This document shows, piece after piece, positions 12,303 through 20,000 of a stretch of 20,000 nt of DNA. Every line of letters starts with the position of its first letter. Positions within the stretch are counted from its first letter, which is position 1. Location: positions 1,418,072 through 1,438,071 of the forward strand of contig MU053472.1 of the NCBI GenBank assembly GCA_013239625.1, written 5' to 3'. This DNA is from Lama guanicoe. Its lineage: Eukaryota. The notes beneath the pieces were generated by a model. It was not told the origin of the DNA. It was given only the letters and a program-made list of their open reading frames with translations, and made no database searches. Made by a program: the position numbers and the translations under genes.

Positions 12303-12997
12303 GTCGTTTTTTTTTAAGTTTCTGCAGTATGTACTTGCAGTATGAAGTTTCTTCACTGTTTCAGTAATTCTAGGATCAAGACTGGTAATACAACTAAGTC
12401 TGTTAGGACTTGGTTCTATCTCCAAGATATTTCTTCAGTCTAGTTCATTACAATGGCCAGATTGGTTTGAGTGTAGCGGTAACAGAGGATCTCAATGAAC
12501 AATAGCCTTCTTGCTTTTCATCTTCCTTGATACTAAATAACTCCCACGTAGATTTTTACATGACCATCCAGGATTAAATGGATGTCAATATTAACACTTA
12601 TCAAGATCACAAACATTCCATTGTTAAGAGACATTCTTTAGTCACAATTCTTTGCTGCAATTTATATTCCATGGGACTATCAAAAGATAAATGTTGAGGG
12701 TTCTTTCCAGAAAGGAATATTCTTAAGTTCCTCCAGCAAACTCTATGACTACCACAAAAACTTTTTCTAACACTGAAGAAAATGATCAAGAAACTTGTTG
12801 GCAAAGAAAGTACATGTGGCACATACCAAAGAGAGAGAGGGAGAAAACATGCACACATTAATGTGAGAAGTTGAAAATGGAAGGTAGTCTTTGATAATGG
12901 AACAGTCCTGTATCCTGATGGTATTAGTGGTTATATGCCACCAATGGAATGACTGCACAGAAATCATGGAATCAACTGCATAGAAAAGCACATACAC

Positions 12998-13988
12998 CAA
13001 CATAAAAAAAAAACAAAGAACCCAATTAAAAAATAGGCAGAGGCTCTGAATAGACATTTTTCCAAAAAGAGACACACAGATGGCCAACATATACATGAAA
13101 AGATGCTCAACATCACTAATCATCAGGGAAATGCAAATCAAAACCATAATGAGATACCACCACATGCCTGTCAGAACAGCTATCACCAAAAACAGTAAGT
13201 GTTGGTGAAGATGTGGAGAAAAGGGAACTCTCAGGTACTGTTGGTGGGATTGTAAACTGGGGCAGCCACTATGGAAAACAGCATGGAGGTTGCTCAAAAA
13301 ATTAAAAATAGAACTGCTACCTGATCCAGCAACTTCACTTCTGGGTATTTACCAGGAAAAAGCAAAAACAGTACTTCAGAAAGATACATGCACCCCAATG
13401 TTCACTGCAGCATTGTTTATAGTAGCCAAGATATGGAAGCAATCTAAATGTCCACTGACAGATGAACAAATGGATAAAGAAGGTGTAAGACATATTTATA
13501 CAACATATTTATACACATACACAGTGGAGTATTACCTAGCCATAAAAAAATTTTAAATCTTGTCACTTGTGACAACACAGATGGATCTAGAGGGTATCAT
13601 GTTAAGTGAAATAAATCAGACAGAGAAAGCACAAATACCATATGACGGCACTTACATGTGGAACCTAAAAACAAACAAACAAACAAAACAAAATGAAAAC
13701 AGACTCACAGACACAGAGAACAGATGGTTGCCAGAGAAAGAAGGTGGGGTGTGGGGCAAAATAGGTGAAAGGATTAAGAGGAATGAACTTTCAGTTAGAA
13801 AAAAATAAGCCACAGGAATGTAATATACAGTATAAGGACCACGGTCGATAACATTGTTATAACTGTGAAATGGGGACTATATTTGTGGCAATCATTCCAT
13901 AATGTACGCAAATTCCAACACTATGCAGTACACCCGAAACCAACATGGTAGTATGTATCAACTACATTTAAATTAAAAAAAAAAAAAG
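12998..13988 (+). mobile_element. LINE-1 3' ~1 kb (ORF2 C-terminus remnant + 3'UTR + poly-A), nested in an older L1M 3' fragment (~12890-14140)
   Basis: ORF-track peptides [11 protein letters not shown]...TCTPMFTAALF.AK.WKQ.KCP and MDLEGIMLSEI are L1 ORF2 C-terminal motifs, here frameshifted. A-tail at 13975-13987. Confidence 0.92.
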
Positions 13989-14299
13989 TTACACACACAC
14001 ACGAATGAGTATACGTAAAACCAATGAAAAGTGAGATAAGGTCTGTAGTCTAGGTAACGGCACTAAACCAGTATCAATTTTCTGGTTTTGATATTGTTTG
14101 TGAATCTACAATCATTTCAAAATAAAAATTTTTCTAAAAACAAAATAAAAAGAAAGGTAGCAATAACTTTAATAATTGCCTAAAACATACTTATCTATGT
14201 AGATTTGTAAAAACCATGCTAAAATGTTATGCAAACATTAAACAATATTTTTTTATAGGCACAGCACACAAAACCTTTTCAGAATCCTTTCCCATTTAT

Positions 14300-14650
14300 A
14301 CTTTCAGGATTCTCATAATATGCCCATAAGGAAATGCAGAATTACCCTCATTTTAGAGATGGGAAAACTGAGGTCTCAAAAGGATTAAGTCCCATGTCAC
14401 ACTATAGAGCAAGATGAAGAGGTTGGCAGCAGGATGATATAGTAGTTTTGGTTCTGGAATCATAAAGCCATGGGATTCTAAACATAGCTCCACTACGATG
14501 TGACTTCAGCAGGTTACTCAACTTTTCTGAGTCTGTTTCCTCATTTGTAAAATGCTATTAATACGATCACATCATTGGAATGTCATGAGGATTTTTTTTA
14601 GAAAAACAGCATTTATATGTATAGCACAATGCCTGACACAAAGTTAATAT
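14300..14650. mobile_element. Two MIR fragments in opposite orientation
   Basis: cattttagagatgggaaaactgagg (~14349-14373) and tctgagtctgtttcctcatttgtaaaatg (~14526-14554) MIR cores. Confidence 0.8.
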
Positions 14651-14801
14651 TCAACGTATCACACCTAGTTCCTCTGGTGTTTTTCTCGTAACTGCCTTAT
14701 GTTGACTTTAGGGATGTCCTGGGAGAATCCTTTAATGCTGGCAGGTTTAATTCTGAGTCATGTCACAGGACAAAATACACCCCTGTTTTACCATTACTTA
14801 C

Positions 14802-14953
14802 CTAAAACAAAGCCAACCTGAATGGCTTTTTCCTTCACTGCAGCATCTGACTCTGCTATATATGAGCACCGTCTACTGAATGAGTAGGCCAAGACTGAAG
14901 CAACTTTCACACCATGATCCATCAAAGCCTGGAAACAATGATGAAGCAAATGT
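14802..14953 (-). CDS. APPBP2: APPBP2 coding exon 3 (152 nt), (R)HLLHHCFQALMDHGVKVASVLAYSFSRRCSYIAESDAAVKEKAIQVGFVL(G)
   Basis: Lies inside ORF 14794..15099(-). Acceptor ttttccttctctttcag|A, donor TTAG|gtaagt. Phase is compatible with exons 2 and 4. Confidence 0.97.
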
Positions 14954-15219
14954 CTGAAAGAGAAGGAAAAAGTCATTTTTGTTTTTATGAAAGTAACACA
15001 TTTTGTCCTTTTAGAAAGCACTAACTTGCTTTTTAGAAATAAAAAGATGGAATAAGATAAGAAGTTTTCTGCCTTATGAGTTATGAGGCCGTAATACACA
15101 ATTTAGCCTAATAGCTTTTCCTTAGTGGGTCACTGACTGATCCTGTATGTGTTAAATTGATGACAATGAAGGATTAAATGAACTTTAAACATGAATTTTA
15201 AAAACCAAATTGTTATGTA

Positions 15220-16072
15220 ATTCAACAATGACCCAATTAAAAAATGGGCAATGTATTTGAATAGAGGTTTCTCCAAAGAAAATACACAAAAGGCCAATAA
15301 GCAAAAGAAAAGATGCTTTAACATCATTAGTCATTAGGGAAATGCAAATCACACTCATAATGAGATACCACTTCACACTGTCCAGGATGTGTTATAATAA
15401 TACTTTAAAAAAAAAAGTTAAGGCAAGGATATGAAAAAGTTGAAACCCTCAAAGACTGGTAATAGGGATATAAAATGGTGCAGCTGCTATGGAAAACAAT
15501 TTAGGGGTTACTCAAAAAGTTAAACCTAGGGTTACCCTAGTTATATATATGTATGTATACACACAAGATAACTGAAAACATATGTCCACACAAAATCTTG
15601 CTCATAAGTGTTCACAGCAGTATTATTTATAATAGCCAAAAGGTAGAAACAACTCAAATGCTCATCAACAGATGACTAGCTAAACAAAACATAGTATATC
15701 CATAAAATGGAAAATTATTTAGCCATAAAAAGAAAATAAGTACTGATATAAAAAACAACATGAATGAACTTCAAAAACACTGTAAGTAAAATCCAGTCAC
15801 AAAAGACCATCTACTCTCTGATTCAATTTATATGAAATGTCTGTAACAGGTAAACCCAGAGACAGAAAGCAGATTAATGGCAGGCCAGGGACTAAGGGTA
15901 GGAGGAAATGGGGAGTGACTGTTAATGGGGACAAGGTTTCTTTCTGGAGTGATGAAAATTTTCTAGAATTAGACAGTAATAGTTGCAAAACCCTATGAAT
16001 ACACTAAAAACTTATACTGAACTGGACAATTTAAAATGGTGAATTTTATGGTATGTGAACTATCTCAACATG
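15220..16072 (+). mobile_element. L1MB-like 3' fragment
   Basis: acatcattagtcattagggaaatgcaaatc, gagacagaaagcagattaatgg, aaaatggtgaattttatggtatgtgaa. Confidence 0.88.
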
Positions 16073-16504
16073 AAAATTGTTTTAAACAGAACTGTAAATA
16101 ATGAAGTCCCTGCTCTGGATAAGGGGGGGAGTCAAACTACATGCTTTTAGTTTCACAAATGTATTAAACACTTACCAAGGGATTTGGACCTGGTGAAAGA
16201 TAACCTGAGAGATGAAAGAGAGGTATGCCACTAAATCTTTATGACGGCCATCTTTAGAACTAAATAGAGAAATTCAAATCCCAGAAAGCTAACTTTTTCT
16301 TAAAGAACGTTCTTTTAAAAAAGCTTTTCTGCAGGCTTCTTTTACCAAAATGAAGTTCTCATCTATTATTTTTTTACAGATTAATTTAACTTAGTCAATG
16401 AACCAAGAAGTTTCTCTAGGCTTAGTACACAGGCCAACATTCCAAAAGTATCCCTGAACGGTGATATCACACTAATTACTTGATTATTTTATCGCCCCTT
16501 TCTA

Positions 16505-16637
16505 AAATACAAACTTCATGAAGAAGAGACACTGTAGAACTTATTCACCACTGTAACCTCAGTATCTAGAACAATATTTGACATAGACTATGCATTCTAA
16601 AAAATATATACTTGGTTAATTTGTTGAACAAATGAAA
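16505..16637 (+). mobile_element. Degraded L2 3' end
   Basis: aaacttcatgaagaagagac...ttattcaccactgtaacctcagtatctagaaca...ttgttgaacaaatgaa. Confidence 0.6.
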
Positions 16638-16969
16638 CAACTTGGCAAATTCTTATTAGAGATTAGCAGTATTTTGTAAAACTGTATTTTTATTTTCCTA
16701 GAAATGAAGGTTAGGAAAAAGAAATGGTATTTAGAGCAAATTTAGGGAAGAATGCCAAAGACAACAACAAACAAAGGCCATGTCACCTACACCCACATAT
16801 TAACTCCTACTACATAATAGCCACAATGAGGAAAATGAATTCAGTCTATTTCACTTGATCAAAACAATATGAATGGACTTAGTGCTACTGAATTGTACAC
16901 TTAAAGGTCACAATAGTTAAGTATGTAGATTATGTACAGTTTACCACAATTGATTCAAAATGAATTTAC

Positions 16970-17058
16970 CTTTTATCCAAAGCTCTCAATACTTTAGCAA
17001 AAACTTCCAATTCACAAAATTCACTGCCCAGTTGACATAAGCGTCCCTGTTGGTACAG
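16970..17058 (-). CDS. APPBP2: APPBP2 coding exon 2 (89 nt, phase 0 to phase 2), LYQQGRLCQLGSEFCELEVFAKVLRALDK(R)
   Basis: Minus-strand manual translation matches the APPBP2 sequence as I recall it. Acceptor ttttaatttcag|CTG, donor AAAAG|gtaaat. The exon number is from recalled human gene structure. Confidence 0.96.
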
Positions 17059-18310
17059 CTGAAATTAAAAACAAACATAAAAGATACTTTAAATTTTTTA
17101 AATTTAATTTCCACTTTATTACATGAATTATTTGATGGACTTAATGTTTGATGAATTTATGAAAATTACTCAAAGGTATCATTACATATTAGTAATACCA
17201 GGGAAGATGCTTATGCTAAGAGAAATGTAATGCTGAATTGACAAATCTATATAATTTATATAAAACATTTTAATAGTTGTATACAATAGTTGAAAATATT
17301 TGTAAAACAGTAGTATCTGGTACATGCTAAATACTACAAAGTGTCAAATAATTATTTTATTTATTAAACATTGAAAAGTTATATTCAAGAAACTTAAAAT
17401 TAATCTTTTTTCCTTAAACAAAACTGGATAAAGTAAAATTACCAAAATGATAGTAAAGATAATGTCCAGAAGCCAAACCTGGTCACTATATCCAATTAGG
17501 GCTATTAAGACTGCAAGAGTCTCAGTTCGCTTCCAGGCTGAAACTTCACAAGCAGACTAACAGCAGATCATGCCTAAAGAAATCTAGCACGGCAGGATTT
17601 CTAATCATGCCACAATCATTTATTCCTTTTGCCTGGCTTTTAAAATTTTCCACTTAAAATAGTATTTTAATAAATGTGCTAAATGTTTATCCCAAATAAT
17701 ACATGTACACAGTTTTAAAAAAACACCACTGCCCCTCTTTCCCCTGCCTCAACTTCCTCAAATGTTACTGAATTTATACATACTATATAAATGCAGCACT
17801 TTAGAAGGCAAGAATTCTGTTCTATCAACTCACTTTACATTATAAGCACTTAACACTTGGCTCATTTGACAAAAATATGGGTTTCAGAAAGACGACAGGA
17901 TCCTAAAATCATTTGCCAAATGGGCCATTTAACTTTGCACAGGGAAAACACACAACAAACTCAGTCAGCAAATTCTTGGGCATAAACCACTAGCATGATG
18001 GAGGCCAGCTCAAATTAGGTAGATATGTTAATGCAAGTCAATGACTGCTGTGAAAAATCCATGACTGCTGGAGGGGAGAGAGGACAGGGACCAGGCAGGG
18101 GAGGCAGAAATGTTATCTTCACAAAATGACTGGACATTCTTATTAACAACAAACCTTCATAGGGAAAGATTTGCTATTTTTGGAGATGATTATGCTTTCT
18201 GCTCTAAAAAAATATGAGCTTCTGGGAATGCATGATAAAATTCACTACTATCAATCACAATCACATACATTTTGACTATTAACCAATAAAGAATAAGTCA
18301 GGGAGACGAG

Positions 18311-18403
18311 TTGGGTATAGCTCAGTGGTAGAGTGCATGCTTAGCATGCACAAGGCTCCAGGTTCAATTCCCAGTACTTCCACTCAAATAATAATAAATT
18401 TTA
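18311..18403 (+). mobile_element. Second tRNA-Ala-derived SINE, tail interrupted by the L1 insertion
   Basis: gggtatagctcagtggtagagtgcatgcttagcatgcacaaggctccaggttcaattcccagtacttcca is close to the 11060 copy. It is followed by an aataataataa tail and then the L1 start. Confidence 0.8.
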
Positions 18404-18407
18404 GAGG

Positions 18408-18427
18408 ACTTCCGGGCAAGATGGCGG
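18408..18427 (+). promoter_or_regulatory. L1 promoter start: ETS-type motif (ACTTCCGG) next to YY1 motif (CAAGATGGCG)
   Basis: Exact motif matches at 18408-18415 and 18417-18426. A YY1 site near the L1 5' end is established for L1 initiation. Confidence 0.7.
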
Positions 18428-19503
18428 AGTAGAAGGACGCTTGTAAGCCACCCTCTCCCACAAATACACCAAGACCCACATCTACAGACCCACTCAGCCA
18501 ACCAGAGCACCTGCGGAACTCCGACAGAACATCGCCCACTTCAAAAGATAAAGACACCAAAAATCTGGTAGGAGAAAAGGAAAAAAGAAAGAACAAAAGG
18601 CAAAGCAGCTCGGTACGGGTCCCACGGGGAGGGAGCGGCACAGGAGGACTGGCGCTTGCTCGCTGGGTCTCCCCTCTCCAATTGAGAGGCCAGCGGGTCG
18701 GAGGGGGAGCCTCCAAGGCTCGGATCTGTACAGAGCAGCCCTTGTCTGACAGAACTAAGTTAAACGGGCACAGAGCGTCCCCCCGACACCCAGCCTGAGA
18801 CGCGGGCCGGCAGCGGCGGGCAGGGCCAGGCTGCACAAGCCGGGCGGAGGACGGGGGCGGCTGCACGGAGGCAGCTCCAGGGGACTGCAAGGGGCTGGGC
18901 GCCGGGGCTGTGGGTGTACAGGACAGAACAACCTGGGCCCTCCATAAAACAGCAAGGTTGATGTGCTCTCGGGGAAGGGTGCATACCCCCATCTCTGAAA
19001 ACACGCGGAAACTTATCAGGAGAAGAGGGGCGGGGCCCAGGCAGAGCCGCCATGTTCTCCGGCGCTGAACACCCAGGCGGGGGCAGAGGCGAGACCTGCG
19101 TCCGCACCGAGGGGCTTAGCAGCCTCAAGGGCCAGACTGAGACGGGCCTACAGCCCGGGGCAGATAGGATCCTTCCATTCTGGTCCCCCAGAGGACTTGC
19201 TCCACGAAGACAAATAAGCAGCTGGGTCTTGGCTCGGAGCAGGGACGGGGCTGCCCCTCGGTCTTCCACGAGCCCACCCGCGGAGCGCCGACCGGGGCGG
19301 AGCGCCGACCGCCAGCGCCGACGCAGAGCGCGCAGCCGCACAGAGCAGCGGAGCTACCGGCGGCGCAGGCAGGGGGAGAGCGGCCCTCCGCCTGTAGGGC
19401 AGGAACACAACCCCTGACGGAGGTGCTGGGAGGGGGCACGACCCGCCCTTCTGCCTGGCCAGTCTGCAACATCCGACAGCGGCATCCGGAGGGGCAGTGA
19501 CCC

Positions 19504-19596
19504 NNNNNNNNNNNNNNNNNNNNNNNNNNNNNNNNNNNNNNNNNNNNNNNNNNNNNNNNNNNNNNNNNNNNNNNNNNNNNNNNNNNNNNNNNNNNN
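19504..19596. other. Assembly gap (N run)
   Basis: Read directly from the sequence. Confidence 1.
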
Positions 19597-19723
19597 TCCA
19601 AAACAGAGACAGAAGGACTTCACATTAAAAGCACACAGACTCCAGGAGAACACCGACAACCCCCCTTTTTTTTTGTTTGTTTTTGTTTTTAAAATCTGTT
19701 TTTAACCTGTTCTATTCTATTTT

Positions 19724-19845
19724 NNNNNNNNNNNNNNNNNNNNNNNNNNNNNNNNNNNNNNNNNNNNNNNNNNNNNNNNNNNNNNNNNNNNNNNNNNNNN
19801 NNNNNNNNNNNNNNNNNNNNNNNNNNNNNNNNNNNNNNNNNNNNN
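19724..19845. other. Assembly gap (N run)
   Basis: Read directly from the sequence. Confidence 1.
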
Positions 19846-20000
19846 TAAAGGTTTTGACGTCTCCACCCGATTAATACTCTGCTTCAACCCGCTCTTCTAT
19901 TATTCATTATACACTGTTTTCAAACCCTTTCTCCCTTCTTTTAAAAATCTTTCTCTATTTTTTTTTTTTTCTTCTTTTTTCTTTTTTTTCCCTAAGTTCT

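Larger units (their letters stand above)
11265..12392 (+). mobile_element. Probable ERVL-class solo LTR, interrupted by an L1 tail
   Basis: GC-richer block starting TGTT and ending gactggtaataCA, resembling ERVL LTR ends. Subfamily and boundaries are uncertain. Confidence 0.45.
18404..20000 (+). mobile_element. 5' end/5'UTR of a young, probably full-length LINE-1, antisense to APPBP2 in intron 1; continues past the window end
   Basis: Abrupt switch to CpG-rich sequence beginning gaggacttccgggCAAGATGGCGG, the typical L1 start with a YY1 motif. It follows an A-rich target site. About 1.1 kb is GC-rich, then a T/pyrimidine-rich tract follows, as in laurasiatherian L1 5'UTRs. Retained CpGs and N-gaps suggest a young multicopy element. 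Confidence 0.85.

Noticed and set aside
12767..13808. ORFs of 176, 88 and 82 aa
   Set aside because: Antisense and sense readings of a decayed, frameshifted L1 ORF2/3'UTR.
14954..15099. N-terminal extension of the 101-aa ORF (MYYGLITH...)
   Set aside because: Intronic read-through upstream of the exon 3 acceptor; not APPBP2-like.
15526..15540. Palindrome ctagggt-t-accctag, and short hairpins near 9387-9403 and 9496-9513
   Set aside because: Arms of 6-7 bp are expected by chance in 20 kb, with no supporting context.
18041..18070. Direct repeat atgactgctg x2 with a 10-nt spacer
   Set aside because: Only two short copies; not an array, and CRISPR is not plausible in mammalian intron DNA.
18404..19503. 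APPBP2 promoter CpG island / exon 1
   Set aside because: No MAAVELEWIPETLY-type coding sequence was found on the minus strand, and the structure fits an L1 5'UTR. Exon 1 should lie beyond the window.

Overview
Mammalian intronic DNA, AT-rich and repeat-dense. It is most likely camelid, judged from two tRNA-Ala-derived SINEs with the camelid vic-1-type structure. The minus strand carries three coding exons of APPBP2 (PAT1, a CRL2 substrate receptor/TPR protein): exon 2 at 16970-17058, exon 3 at 14802-14953 and exon 4 at 10277-10400. All have canonical AG/GT sites and splice into one open frame (LYQQGR...ECCVR). The rest is introns 1-4, filled with L1, L2, MIR, MLT1/ERVL LTRs, MER3 and Tigger relics and a (TCTA)n microsatellite. 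The right end holds the intact CpG-rich 5' end of a young L1, inserted antisense in intron 1 inside a SINE tail. The most interesting observations are all unproven: a possible L1-antisense first exon (ATG-GGG|GTATGC) in frame with APPBP2 exon 2, and two candidate poison micro-exons (29 nt and 33 nt). No prokaryote-type or clearly novel protein-coding system is supported; most ORF-track entries are repeat-derived.
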